Sequence record: ON528732 | Direction: 5' to 3' (one strand) | Source of the DNA: Shigella phage ESh22 | DNA: 64,000 nucleotides | Shown here: piece after piece, positions 8,362-18,365 of the stretch | Layout: each line of letters opens with the position of its first letter | How positions within the stretch are numbered: position 1 is the stretch's first letter | Program-made: the position numbers and the translations under genes | Notes under the pieces: generated by a model | What the model saw: the letters and a program-made list of their open reading frames with translations, nothing else | What the model was told of the DNA's origin: nothing | Databases searched by the model: none

Positions 8362-8760
8362 ATGAAACTTTGGGCTGATGATGTTGGTACTTTTAAGTAC
8401 ACAAGAAGCGGTATGAAGGTCAGAGTCTATGGAAGCAAACTTATCACTTACGGAGGTAAGGTTGTCACCAAGTTTATTGTTGAGGTCATTGAGCATTCAC
8501 CTATCACAATGGCTAACAAAGGGTTCTACACAAACGAACTTTATGACGTGAACGATGATGGCCTTTTCTGCTCTCTCGGTGAAAGTTCTTTAGATATTAT
8601 TTCAGAACACCACTTGACAAGAGAACAGTTATCAGGTTACTATAAAACTCTACTTGAGAAACAGAAAGCGATGCACAATCGTGAGGCTATTTACCACAAC
8701 GACCAGTGCAATAAACTTCTGGATAAGATTGAGAAAGCTGAGAGAGGTTATTATGAATAA
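8362..8760 (+). CDS. hypothetical protein
   Basis: 132 aa ORF with AAGGAGA RBS upstream. Confidence 0.5.
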   Translation: MKLWADDVGTFKYTRSGMKVRVYGSKLITYGGKVVTKFIVEVIEHSPITMANKGFYTNELYDVNDDGLFCSLGESSLDIISEHHLTREQLSGYYKTLLEKQKAMHNREAIYHNDQCNKLLDKIEKAERGYYE

Positions 8761-9133
8761 AGAGATTCCAGTAATTGTTGACGTTTCTGCTCATGGAAAC
8801 ATGGGTGAGCAAGAAGCAAATGCAGTTGTGTACCAACATAACGGTGAGTTGCGACTTCGTTTTGTGAAAAGTGGTAGTGTCCTACATCACCGATATAACG
8901 ATGAAGATGGTTGTCCTGTCTTTGGTTGGTGTGGTATTGACTTCCCGAAATATGCCATTTACTACCCAGATGGTCAGGAAGGCTGGACTACCCAATCTAT
9001 CTATGATGAACTGAACGGAGTACCACTTGAAGAAGAACTGCAAGATACCTTACTAACCTTCACCTTTATCAAAGAAGAGAAAGTTGGTGATATTTCTATA
9101 ACAGAAGCGCTGCAAGTGACACAGGTAATCTGA
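8753..9133 (+). CDS. hypothetical protein
   Basis: Track ORF 8654..9133; start moved to ATG at 8753 (MNKEIPV) overlapping upstream stop. Confidence 0.45.
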   Translation: MNKEIPVIVDVSAHGNMGEQEANAVVYQHNGELRLRFVKSGSVLHHRYNDEDGCPVFGWCGIDFPKYAIYYPDGQEGWTTQSIYDELNGVPLEEELQDTLLTFTFIKEEKVGDISITEALQVTQVI

Positions 9134-9134
9134 T

Positions 9135-9428
9135 ATGAGTAGAGTACAGGTTATCTTTCCAATTAATGACTTCAGCTATGAAGCTGATTTTGACCTGTAC
9201 GAAGAACTGACTGATGATGTTATCTGGGGTGTAGTAACAAAGGCCATTAAGAAACTTTATGGTGGCCTTTTAAACCCTAATAACCCGAAGGTATCAACAA
9301 AGCAAGTTTCTGAGCCATACACAAGCTATGATGCTGAAAAGAGTAAGTTTGAGATTACTTGCTATGACCTTCTGATATCTGATAACAAAATCAACTACTT
9401 CTTCGTCAGAGAATATGCAGATGCTTAA
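9135..9428 (+). CDS. hypothetical protein
   Basis: 97 aa ORF in operon. Confidence 0.45.
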   Translation: MSRVQVIFPINDFSYEADFDLYEELTDDVIWGVVTKAIKKLYGGLLNPNNPKVSTKQVSEPYTSYDAEKSKFEITCYDLLISDNKINYFFVREYADA

Positions 9429-9765
9429 GCTCCACATAGTTGTTTATAAGAATTTCGCAGATATACAAGAATCCCTATCATCAAGACTTGATATGTGTCA
9501 GCAAAGATTATTTCTGATGTTAGACATGCTTGACTATAAACAACCTGATAAGCTTGTGTATAAAGATGGTACAGTAATACTGAAAAGTAAAGAATCAGTG
9601 ACCATTTTTGTTAAGCATGATATGCCAGCTAAGAGTATAGGGATGCTTGAGTTCTATATCTACCAATCCACAGGTATGCGTGGTGAGGGTATTAAAATAA
9701 ATTCTATTGAGGTCTTTGAAAAACCGAAGACACCACTTAAAAAGTATTTAGTGAGGAAGCTATAG
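9415..9765 (+). CDS. hypothetical protein
   Basis: 116 aa ORF in operon. Confidence 0.45.
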   Translation: MQMLKLHIVVYKNFADIQESLSSRLDMCQQRLFLMLDMLDYKQPDKLVYKDGTVILKSKESVTIFVKHDMPAKSIGMLEFYIYQSTGMRGEGIKINSIEVFEKPKTPLKKYLVRKL

Positions 9766-9766
9766 T

Positions 9767-10360
9767 ATGAGTGTAAACATTAAAGAAAATGGTGGAGTTG
9801 ACTCTCCACAAGTTGCATTAGTTCAACACTACGGCAATGTTCAGGGTGTGCTTGCTGCGTTCCAGCCAAACATTAACTCACCAGCAAAAATTGCCAAATT
9901 GACTATGGATGTGAACAACATCTCTGCATGTATCATTGAAGATGTGCAGTACTTTAAGTTCTCATCTAAAGAAGTTGATGAAGCACTTCTGAAGTACCGT
10001 TTAGACCTTGAGAAAGACATTAACCACCAAGAGGTTGTGAAACTGTTTGGTGACCTGCATGATATGCTTGATAAAGTTCACAAGCGTACATATTATATGA
10101 ATGGTGGTTCTATTATCACTACGTACACTTCTCCATTCACTAAAGAGGTCATCTTAACAGATGATGAGCAGTTCTTTGTTATGACTGCCTCAAGTTCAGA
10201 TTGGTGGATGAAGAACACAGGTATGAAGACGATTATTGAAGCTATTCGTCAACACATCCCAAACTTCAGCCCTTGGAAGGGTGCTTCTGATGACTTTATA
10301 TCTATCCTTGAAGATGTTCGAAGCAGAAAAAGTACACTACTGCCTAAAAGATATGCTTGA
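9767..10360 (+). CDS. hypothetical protein
   Basis: 197 aa ORF followed by hairpin plus T-run near 10380-10415. Confidence 0.5.
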   Translation: MSVNIKENGGVDSPQVALVQHYGNVQGVLAAFQPNINSPAKIAKLTMDVNNISACIIEDVQYFKFSSKEVDEALLKYRLDLEKDINHQEVVKLFGDLHDMLDKVHKRTYYMNGGSIITTYTSPFTKEVILTDDEQFFVMTASSSDWWMKNTGMKTIIEAIRQHIPNFSPWKGASDDFISILEDVRSRKSTLLPKRYA

Positions 10361-10430
10361 CAGTAATATATAGAATTTTGTATGATGGGAGCTATCGAAA
10401 GGTGGTTCCCTTTTTTATTGGAGATATAAA

Positions 10431-11180
10431 ATGAACAAAGTTAAAGAATCAGACACAATTTTTATATATGTCAAGGAAAACCCATTGCGTAGAGTTGCAG
10501 CTACGGTCACGCATGTCTCTGATAGTGGTGTGGTGTACTTCAGACCTTTGAAAAATATACACTTCAAGCTGTACCCAGATTCTCAAAACCTTGCAGAAGG
10601 ACATTTGTGGGCTGGTAAAGTTTATTCAACTGCTGATATAGAAAATCTGGTATTCACAGGAAGCTTTAGAGACCTCCTTGGTATTGCTTTGGTAGATACT
10701 GGGATTGTTAAAGATGAAGATTATGAAGAGTCTGAAAAGGCAACTTTTGAGGCAACTCCGACTCTGAAGAAAGAGGTAACTCCAAAGGTTAGAGCGATTG
10801 ATGTTACTATTGAGGCTCCTACACACAGACTTGCAGATTTACCTGAGCAAGAGTCTCGATACACAACTAAAGAAGTCGGTCATCAAACTCTGGTTGTAGA
10901 TAATGTCAGAGATTACTTCAAGTATTTCTGTGATGCAAATCCACATAGCCATGCTTGGACTACACCACAAAAGAAATTTGACTCCATGTTGACCAGCACT
11001 TGTGAAGATGCTAAAAAGAATGTGGAAGAGTTAAAAGAAGCAATCAGTGTCACAGACCATGTGGTTAATAAGAATGACATTGAGTACACAGTCAGGATGA
11101 TGTTAAAAGCTGGTTTCACACCTTATCAGATTGCTGAAGAGATTCAAAGGCAATTCTACAACGCAATGGTGACAGAATGA
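10431..11180 (+). CDS. hypothetical protein
   Basis: 249 aa ORF. Confidence 0.5.
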   Translation: MNKVKESDTIFIYVKENPLRRVAATVTHVSDSGVVYFRPLKNIHFKLYPDSQNLAEGHLWAGKVYSTADIENLVFTGSFRDLLGIALVDTGIVKDEDYEESEKATFEATPTLKKEVTPKVRAIDVTIEAPTHRLADLPEQESRYTTKEVGHQTLVVDNVRDYFKYFCDANPHSHAWTTPQKKFDSMLTSTCEDAKKNVEELKEAISVTDHVVNKNDIEYTVRMMLKAGFTPYQIAEEIQRQFYNAMVTE

Positions 11181-11395
11181 AAAAGTTTACAACTCTAGGC
11201 GAATACTGGACGCTCTCTATTTCTGAGCAGTACAGACGAGCCAAGAAGATTAAACAGTGTTATGGCAAGTTTGCCAGAGGTGATATCTTAGTATGTACTG
11301 AAGAATCACTTAAGAACGTTACTCCCAGAGGTAAGACATTCCAGAGAATGATTGACAGAGAGTGGAATGCACGATTAAAGAGGATTGAACAATGA
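11177..11395 (+). CDS. hypothetical protein
   Basis: 72 aa ORF, start overlaps upstream stop. Confidence 0.4.
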   Translation: MKKFTTLGEYWTLSISEQYRRAKKIKQCYGKFARGDILVCTEESLKNVTPRGKTFQRMIDREWNARLKRIEQ

Positions 11396-11898
11396 TTTAT
11401 GAAGATTCAAGAGACCAGATTTCTTATGAGAAGTCAAGACACCATGTATCTTTCAAGATTGTGAAAGCAAACGGTGACGAAGGAACTATTTCACACTTCG
11501 GTGGTGAAAATTGGTTTGGTACAGGATGCTTTGAAGGCTACAGCAGGGAGTATCTGAAAGCTTTCTACAGAGATTTCTCAGCCGACTATAACGAACTTAT
11601 CAATCTGGAAAATAAGCGTAGAAATGCTGAACATAATACTAGAGGTTGGGCAGGAATAGCAATTATGTTATCTGTATTCCTTGCCATGATTTGTGTAATA
11701 TCCTTCAGTGGCATGTACATGCAGGATTTAACGTTTAACCAAGCTGAGAAGAAAATTTATGAGATTTGGTTCTTGTATGTTATCCCTGTAATTGGTATCA
11801 TCCTCTCATGTTGGAGAATGACAACTCACAAGAAGAAGATTGTAGAGTTTGAGAGTAAGTTTGGAGAGGTAAGTAAAGAATGCAACCTAAAATTTTAG
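11392..11898 (+). CDS. hypothetical membrane protein
   Basis: 168 aa; two hydrophobic segments in the C-terminal half. Confidence 0.45.
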   Translation: MIYEDSRDQISYEKSRHHVSFKIVKANGDEGTISHFGGENWFGTGCFEGYSREYLKAFYRDFSADYNELINLENKRRNAEHNTRGWAGIAIMLSVFLAMICVISFSGMYMQDLTFNQAEKKIYEIWFLYVIPVIGIILSCWRMTTHKKKIVEFESKFGEVSKECNLKF

Positions 11899-11968
11899 TA
11901 ATTTGTATCCGCTATGCTATTGCGGAAATGATTAACCAGAAAATCTTAAAAGATATCTCGGAGGATAA

Positions 11969-12178
11969 ATGATTAGAACACCTATCAAGCCTTTTGGCTT
12001 TAACTCTCTGGAAGAGTTCAAAGAATACCTTGAGAAAGGTTTCTATAATGAACAGCCAGTGACAGTAATTAAATCTGACTTGGTACAGCTTGTTGACATT
12101 GCTATTGCAGCAACTGAACCTAAGAAGAAAGAGAAAAAGGCTTCTTCAAAGAAAGATAAAGAATCTGTTGAAGAGTAA
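11969..12178 (+). CDS. hypothetical protein
   Basis: 69 aa ORF, lysine-rich C-terminus. Confidence 0.4.
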   Translation: MIRTPIKPFGFNSLEEFKEYLEKGFYNEQPVTVIKSDLVQLVDIAIAATEPKKKEKKASSKKDKESVEE

Positions 12179-12221
12179 TCTGTCAAGGGGTGTAAAAGCC
12201 CCTGTTTAGAGGTAGCGAAAA

Positions 12222-12665
12222 ATGAAACTGAAGAAATATGAAATTGTGTCTCTTGTCAATTATACAACAAGAGAGCGTGTAGCCCTAGGTACAGTCAGAG
12301 AAATTGACTACAGCCGTTACCCGTTTTCAATAGAACTTGCTAATGATTTCAAAATTGGAGAGGGTGATGATGAAATGTCTTTTAAGTGTGGAGAGATTAT
12401 CACTTTTAATAATGACTTTCTCTACAGAGGTGTAGCTCATGCTGACCATAAAAGCTTTGATATTCAAATTGCCAAGGTTAGTGACAAAGACTTAGGTAAG
12501 TCACCTACATATAATATTCTGCAAGAAGATTTTGAAAAAGAAATCGTAAAAATGTCTATTGAGATTGATAATGCACTAGAACCATTGCTTCCATACTTGA
12601 AATCTGGTAAGTTATCTACTCAAACCCTTTTAAACATTGTTAATGCAAAATTATCTAAAGGTTGA
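12222..12665 (+). CDS. hypothetical protein
   Basis: 147 aa ORF. Confidence 0.45.
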   Translation: MKLKKYEIVSLVNYTTRERVALGTVREIDYSRYPFSIELANDFKIGEGDDEMSFKCGEIITFNNDFLYRGVAHADHKSFDIQIAKVSDKDLGKSPTYNILQEDFEKEIVKMSIEIDNALEPLLPYLKSGKLSTQTLLNIVNAKLSKG

Positions 12666-12964
12666 CTATGACTCCACAATCCAGAGGTGTTAAAGGTATC
12701 CATCCTCCAAAGGGTGGTTGGAAAGATAATACTTTCTATGTTGTTGAAGTTGCTTACAAACCACTTAACATGATTCATAAAGCAATGTTCTACACTGGAT
12801 TCTGTGATGAAAAAGGTGTGCCACAAGGTTATAACTGGCTTATGAATGGTGGTTATGAAGACCTTTGCAGCATCCAAGAGGCTTATTACTTGAAAGCAGT
12901 TGCAGAGTTACCTGAAGAGTTTCAAATTGAGAGAGATGAGGATTGGAACGATGAAGAGTGTTAA
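12662..12964 (+). CDS. hypothetical protein
   Basis: 100 aa ORF. Confidence 0.45.
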   Translation: MTMTPQSRGVKGIHPPKGGWKDNTFYVVEVAYKPLNMIHKAMFYTGFCDEKGVPQGYNWLMNGGYEDLCSIQEAYYLKAVAELPEEFQIERDEDWNDEEC

Positions 12965-13385
12965 AGAGGTAGTACGTAAAGCTCTACTTAACAATGGAAC
13001 TAAAGACGATATGTATAAAGATATCGTTGCAGAATTTGGTTGTTCAAGACATGCTGCAAAGGTTCTTCTACATAGCTTTATCTGGGAGTGTTCAGAAGCT
13101 TACATGCAATCTGTAATAACTGAAGGGCTTGATATGTCTCTACCTGAACGCTTCAAAGAAGAGACTGAAGATAGCTCCATAAAGCTAAACACACTCTATA
13201 TTGTAGAAACCATTGGTACAGGTGAACCAGTAGGTACAATACTTATTGAAAGTGGGTGTAATGGTAAGTTTATTGGTTATGGTGAAGCAAACGCATATAG
13301 TGCATTCTCAACCGCACACTGGATAGTTGAAAATGATGGGTATATTCAGGTCAATGGTAAAAATACTTTCAAACTTAAGATGTGA
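12951..13385 (+). CDS. hypothetical protein
   Basis: Track ORF 12900..13385; start moved to ATG at 12951 overlapping upstream stop. Confidence 0.4.
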   Translation: MKSVKEVVRKALLNNGTKDDMYKDIVAEFGCSRHAAKVLLHSFIWECSEAYMQSVITEGLDMSLPERFKEETEDSSIKLNTLYIVETIGTGEPVGTILIESGCNGKFIGYGEANAYSAFSTAHWIVENDGYIQVNGKNTFKLKM

Positions 13386-14053
13386 TTATGGGACACCTAC
13401 TGAAGAAGAGTTGGAAGAACTTAACAGATATGGTTCCCCATCTGAAGAGGAAGCGGAAGAACTCCGAAGAATGGGAAGCAATTACTAAGAAATGTTTTAA
13501 GGATTTGATAGAGATGGAAAAGTTTGAACTTGAAAGAAAGTATCTGGTACTGAGTCTAGATGATATCAATACATATCTTGATGAAAGTGAGAAGTGGTCT
13601 TTAGAATTACTTGTTAATCGACTTAAGATGGAACGAGAAGACTCAGGTAAAGAGCCACTTGAAGGTATCTTTGTGAATAAATCTTATCCGTTCTATGAAG
13701 AGACTTTGAAGAAGCTTGAGATGTATGTTAAGCAGCAGAACCGTAAAGAAATCTCTATGGCCTCTTTAGGTGGTCAACAGATGCTCTTTGCAGAAGATAT
13801 AAACCCTTCACGAGTTAATAGAGGTGTCTGTATAAAAATCACAGGGAAAGAAGAGTTTCTTTCTAAAGCTGACTTGGAAAGTTTCTGTACAGGGTTTGGT
13901 TCAGTGTTTAACGGGAATCGTTATCACATTCAATGCTTCCCTATCAAGGGTCACACTATAATGTTACAGATACGAGAATCACATAACGGAGACACTCACT
14001 TCTTTCACACGACTATTCCAGCTATTCAGGCTGTTATAGAGAACCTTTGCTAA
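13382..14053 (+). CDS. hypothetical protein
   Basis: 223 aa ORF, last gene of the plus-strand block. Confidence 0.5.
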   Translation: MIMGHLLKKSWKNLTDMVPHLKRKRKNSEEWEAITKKCFKDLIEMEKFELERKYLVLSLDDINTYLDESEKWSLELLVNRLKMEREDSGKEPLEGIFVNKSYPFYEETLKKLEMYVKQQNRKEISMASLGGQQMLFAEDINPSRVNRGVCIKITGKEEFLSKADLESFCTGFGSVFNGNRYHIQCFPIKGHTIMLQIRESHNGDTHFFHTTIPAIQAVIENLC

Positions 14054-15700
14054 GAACTACATAGCCCCTTAATATGGATTCGATAGAATCTATCTCATAG
14101 GGGCTTTTTATTGAGTAAAATTTACGAAATTTATATTTCTTATAAAATTTGGATTCACTCCGTTCATCTTGGGTCACCATGATATGTGATAAAATATCAA
14201 TACCCTCTTCAACAACCTATCTAAGCATACTCTCTATATAGTATTATATAGTATCTATATAGCCTCTTAGTCCCTATCTAGTGAAACTATATAGCCCCTT
14301 CTAAATAGCCCTTTATAAAGCTCTCTAACAAGCCCTCTTCCACACCTATACAATCACCTTCCTAGCTTCTCCATAGCCCCTTAGAAGCCCCTATATCCAT
14401 CTTAATCTCTATGTTAAGGATGATACCCTCTATAGATGGTTCACTAGGGTCAACTAAGCCTCTATATAGACTGTTATATAACACTAAACAGGTATTCCCT
14501 GTAAAGGCTTATCCTACAAGGTCTAACACGTTACTAACAAGATATCTTATAAGCCTGTTATTACCTGTTTTATAGAAGATAGTGTATAGATAGTTATTCA
14601 GTTCTATAAAATTTTTATAAAATAGACTAGGTAGGTCACTTTTTAGGTTCTTGGGAGTATCTGAAAAATATCTACAAAGGGTGTATATCTGCTTGGTAGC
14701 CCTTAACAGCCCTGTAACATCCCCTTTGCAGTTTTTTAAAATATCATTAACAATTTCTTTACAACTCTAACAAGTCTCTAACAAGTCTCCATAGTTCTTA
14801 ACAATCCCTTAATAGTTCTAACAAGGATGTAACAAGAGTTTAACAGTTCTTACAAGGGTCTAACAAACTACTAACAAGTCCCTAACATGTTAAATTTAAA
14901 AGTTATTTTGTTAAGATTATTAACAAGTGTCTATTAAGTTCTTAACATGTTTAACAGTTTATTAACATGGTCACTACCTCTTGGTCTATAGTTCCCTATC
15001 CCTCTCAGTGATTCTCTAAACAGCCCTCTTAAAAGCCCTGTATAGCTCTATGTAGCCTCTTCTAAGGTTCTTCCTAGTATCTATACCCCAATTACCTGTA
15101 TAGCTCTTTATAGCCCTTTACAGGGGCTTATATAGGTACTTCAAAGAGCCTAACAAGGTTGTAACGTAGTCTTAACAGAGATTTAACAAGGTGCTAACAA
15201 GTTGCTAATAAGCATAACTATGTAGGGATTGTTAAGATTTTGTTAAAGAAATGTTAAGGGGGCTAGCTTTTACGATACTTTTACGTAACTCTTAAGTAAC
15301 TTCATAGCCCCTATAACATACTTCATAACCACTATCAAGCCCCTGTTTAACTATTCACAAGATACTAACGAGATAATAAAGCTTATACCCCTTATAAGAT
15401 TCTTTTAAGGCTCTAGAAAGCTCTATAAAGGGCTTTTAAGAAGTGGTTAATATGATTGCTTAAGATGAGATGATAAGCCCGTATAGAGCGTTATAGAGCG
15501 TTATAGAGATTGCCCTTCCCTTTCGGGTTATGGGCTTATATTTAAGGGAAAAGTTAGTTGATTTGATAAGAGGTTATAGAGTAAGCTATAGAGTTATTAC
15601 TCTAAATGTCTTACAAGGTTCTGGGAAGGGATTTAGTTAGACGTAAAAAAGCCCCATTGAAGGGGCTTGTATAGGGTCTGGGGCTATTTGCCCCGTTGCG
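14054..15700. repeat. ORF-free, repeat-rich, strand-skewed non-coding region (short degenerate repeats TAACAAG, ATAGCCCCT; tandem 10-mer x3 at 15481-15512)
   Basis: No ORF of 60 aa or more in any frame; stop-codon-dense; flanked by convergent transcription units. Confidence 0.6.
15645..15668 (-). terminator. rho-independent terminator ending the minus-strand early block
   Basis: Minus-strand hairpin GCCCCTTCAATGGGGC followed by TTTTTT. Confidence 0.6.
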
Positions 15701-15708
15701 GCGTCTTG

Positions 15709-15957
15709 TTAGTTGCGGCCTTCTTTATCGTAATAGATAGAGATAAGAGAATCGCCCCAATAGTAAGATGAAACGCCATTTGCTAAAATCTCGTCTTTCG
15801 TTTCTTTCCAGAACCATTCAGCAGGGTTGTATTCTTTCACAGTTGCTTTCAGACACATATCAACCATATCAAAAGCGTTTCCAGTGTTTACCATGTCAAA
15901 CTTAACGTCCAGAGCATAAAAACCAAAATTGTTAACAGTTGCGCGGATAGTTGCCAT
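15709..15957 (-). CDS. hypothetical early protein
   Basis: 82 aa ORF; conserved CCTAAACTGGAGA leader immediately upstream. Confidence 0.5.
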   Translation of the reverse strand: MATIRATVNNFGFYALDVKFDMVNTGNAFDMVDMCLKATVKEYNPAEWFWKETKDEILANGVSSYYWGDSLISIYYDKEGRN

Positions 15958-15999
15958 TTTTAGAATCTCCAGTTTAGGATTATTGTTTATTGAGTCTCT

Positions 16000-16028
16000 A
16001 TAGTAGGGGCTTTGAAGCCCCTTGTCAA
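16000..16028 (-). promoter_or_regulatory. sigma70-like promoter with GC palindrome in spacer
   Basis: Minus strand TTGACA, 17-nt spacer AGGGGCTTCAAAGCCCC, TACTAT, followed by conserved leader with GGAGA RBS. Confidence 0.55.
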
Positions 16029-16032
16029 TACT

Positions 16033-16209
16033 TTAAATCACTTTCTTGTAAGAATTGCCGGAAATGATGTAGTTAGTAACTGAATGATTTAACAAGTCTG
16101 TACCAGTGATGACTACCATTTCTTCATTTTTCTTTTCTTCATGCTCTTTTTTCATTTCTTCCCAACGTTTAGCACCAAATTTTGCAATCATACGCTGTTC
16201 AAAATTCAT
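16033..16209 (-). CDS. small hypothetical protein (about 58 aa)
   Basis: ORF below track size cut-off, preceded by the conserved leader at 16210-16232. Confidence 0.35.
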   Translation of the reverse strand: MNFEQRMIAKFGAKRWEEMKKEHEEKKNEEMVVITGTDLLNHSVTNYIISGNSYKKVI

Positions 16210-16269
16210 CTTTTAAGTCTCCAGTTTAGGATTATGGGGAAGGTCATTCCCTCCCCGTTGATAAGTACT

Positions 16270-16797
16270 TTAAATGTTTGCTATCGTGTCGTCAAGTGAA
16301 TTTTCTAAGTTTTTTAAAGATTGTTCGTAAAGTCGAATTGACCTGTTCAATGCCTCGCCTAACGTTACTTTAAAAATAGTTGTTGGGTAGTCACTTGTAA
16401 ATAGATTTTCTACTTCATAGAGCGCATGTTGATGATTACCCGTCCCCATAGCATACATCCCCGTATGGTGGATTGCAATAAAAAGATTAAGAGACTTGAT
16501 AGAACGCTCATAAGCCATTTTATAGCGGTTTAGCTCGTTTTTAGTGGCTTTTATAGCCATTTCGTGAATCTCTGCAACGATAGCCATATAGTCTGGCAGA
16601 ATGACCGCTATGGCTTTCATAAAGTTGTTAGCTGTTACCATTTGCTGATTTGGGCGATGGATGTAATACTTCTTGTCTTCCCCTTTTGTGATAACTGCAA
16701 ACAACTTATCTTTAAGGGTAAATTCGAAAGTGTCTTTCACAGGTTTTTTCATTACATCTTTTGAGCGGATAGCATTGATTGCATTGAACTTATTCAT
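16270..16797 (-). CDS. hypothetical early protein
   Basis: 175 aa ORF preceded by conserved leader. Confidence 0.5.
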   Translation of the reverse strand: MNKFNAINAIRSKDVMKKPVKDTFEFTLKDKLFAVITKGEDKKYYIHRPNQQMVTANNFMKAIAVILPDYMAIVAEIHEMAIKATKNELNRYKMAYERSIKSLNLFIAIHHTGMYAMGTGNHQHALYEVENLFTSDYPTTIFKVTLGEALNRSIRLYEQSLKNLENSLDDTIANI

Positions 16798-16848
16798 CTT
16801 TGAAGTCTCCAGTTTAGGATTGTTGGTAAAGCTCTTTATCTGGGGCTT

Positions 16849-16877
16849 ATCTTATCGAACTATAAACCCCATGTAAA
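16849..16877 (-). promoter_or_regulatory. sigma70-like promoter, TTTACA-N17-TAAGAT, palindrome-containing spacer
   Basis: Minus strand TTTACA..GGGG..CCCC..TAAGAT upstream of conserved leader for gene 16270..16797. Confidence 0.5.
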
Positions 16878-16883
16878 GCACTT

Positions 16884-17081
16884 TTAGTAAATCTCATCAA
16901 ATAAATTATTGATTGCAAAAATAGCATTTTCTTTGAATCCTTGGCTATTGCTATCATCACAAAACATAACTTTACCATTGTATGTGATTTTTAATGATAC
17001 CTTTGAACCTTCAACATTCAAAGAATAAGATACACCTTTTAAACACCACAAAGTAGAAAGTTTTTGCATCAATGATAACAT
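16884..17081 (-). CDS. hypothetical early protein
   Basis: 65 aa ORF preceded by conserved leader. Confidence 0.45.
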   Translation of the reverse strand: MLSLMQKLSTLWCLKGVSYSLNVEGSKVSLKITYNGKVMFCDDSNSQGFKENAIFAINNLFDEIY

Positions 17082-17147
17082 TTTAGAATCTCCAGTTTAG
17101 GATTTTATCAGGTTGGGAGGTTTTATTCCCTCCCGTTGATGAGTACT

Positions 17148-17267
17148 TTACTTGTTTTGATTTGCCTTTGCAAGCTTTTTATCAAAGATTTTATCATCTA
17201 TTTCGCTGGCTATTAAGAGTAGGAAAGGGGTCACTACTGAGAATACCATCATATACAAAATAATCAT
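17148..17267 (-). CDS. small hydrophobic peptide (39 aa)
   Basis: ATG directly after conserved leader at 17270-17292; single predicted TM segment. Confidence 0.35.
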   Translation of the reverse strand: MIILYMMVFSVVTPFLLLIASEIDDKIFDKKLAKANQNK

Positions 17268-17452
17268 TTTTGAATCTCCAGTTTAGGAAGTTAACCGACT
17301 GAGAGAACTATAGAGAATCTTTGAAGCAATTGCAAGGCTTATCTATAAAGAATCTTTTAAGTGAATCCTTTTAGATAAACCCCCTCGAACAAATGTACTA
17401 TTGTCAAGGGGTAAAGTCAACAGTTTTTTCAAAGTATTTTGTAAGTTACTGA

Positions 17453-17794
17453 TTAGCTTATAAAGATTTTTTCAGGCTTGACATAGGTCATTTTTTGGTC
17501 TTTGAGTAAATCACTCCAGATTAAAGCGGCAATGTGACCATAGCCGGATTCACGTAATATCTTCATTGTGTTAACTTTTGTTTCAAATCGTGTTGCATAG
17601 TATTCACTGTTTAAGGTTGTTTTATTTCCTTCTTTGTCAGTGTGAACTATACGCATCACATGAAACGGGCTAACATCCTCGCCGCGATTCCATTGCTCAA
17701 AGTATTTTAGGCACTGTAAAGGCGACACTTTATCACTTACTTTTGTAGACCAAGATGAATTTTCTTTATCAGTAATTATGGTTACATGTGCCAT
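17453..17794 (-). CDS. hypothetical early protein
   Basis: 113 aa ORF preceded by conserved leader. Confidence 0.5.
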   Translation of the reverse strand: MAHVTIITDKENSSWSTKVSDKVSPLQCLKYFEQWNRGEDVSPFHVMRIVHTDKEGNKTTLNSEYYATRFETKVNTMKILRESGYGHIAALIWSDLLKDQKMTYVKPEKIFIS

Positions 17795-17841
17795 TTTCAG
17801 ATTCTCCAGTTTAGGAAGTGGGCTTGATAGATACTGTAACT

Positions 17842-17991
17842 TTACTTAATACGGTTTACAATAGATTTTTTCTTTAAATGTAGTTTTTCTGCTTTTTTCA
17901 TGGTTTTTACTAGTAACATCATGATAAATGAGAAAATCATCTCTGAGAATACAGGGTTGTTAAAAACTGTCTCAATAGTATGCGTCATCAT
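17842..17991 (-). CDS. small hydrophobic peptide (about 49 aa)
   Basis: ATG directly after conserved leader at 17991-18012. Confidence 0.3.
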   Translation of the reverse strand: MMTHTIETVFNNPVFSEMIFSFIMMLLVKTMKKAEKLHLKKKSIVNRIK

Positions 17992-18065
17992 TTGAATCTC
18001 CAGTTTAGGAAAGCTCTTTATCTGGGGCTTATAGTAGCAAGGTTTAAAGCCCCATGTAAAGTACT

Positions 18066-18302
18066 TTATTTGTAAATCTCTAAAAATTCATCTTCATTAA
18101 CGTTTTCGTAGTATTCTGTGCTTTCGTCTTCACCTTGTAAGACATAACAGTCCATTATAGACGATTTCGGGTAGTCCTGTCTAGCAATATTGAAAGCCTC
18201 TACTGCATTTTGTTTAGTGCCTTCGAAAGATTCCATAATGCCATAATGACAATTATTTGCACCAGAGCAAACGGCAAGCATGAGATAGATAGTCGTTAAC
18301 AT
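18066..18302 (-). CDS. hypothetical early protein
   Basis: 78 aa ORF. Confidence 0.45.
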   Translation of the reverse strand: MLTTIYLMLAVCSGANNCHYGIMESFEGTKQNAVEAFNIARQDYPKSSIMDCYVLQGEDESTEYYENVNEDEFLEIYK

Positions 18303-18365
18303 GATTTAAACCCCTTGTAAGCCCCTATACAGGGCTTTTGAATGTTGTTAGTGTGATTATATGGT

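Noticed and set aside
14054-15700. CRISPR array or tandem satellite
   Set aside because: Repeats are short, degenerate and irregularly spaced with no fixed repeat-spacer periodicity.
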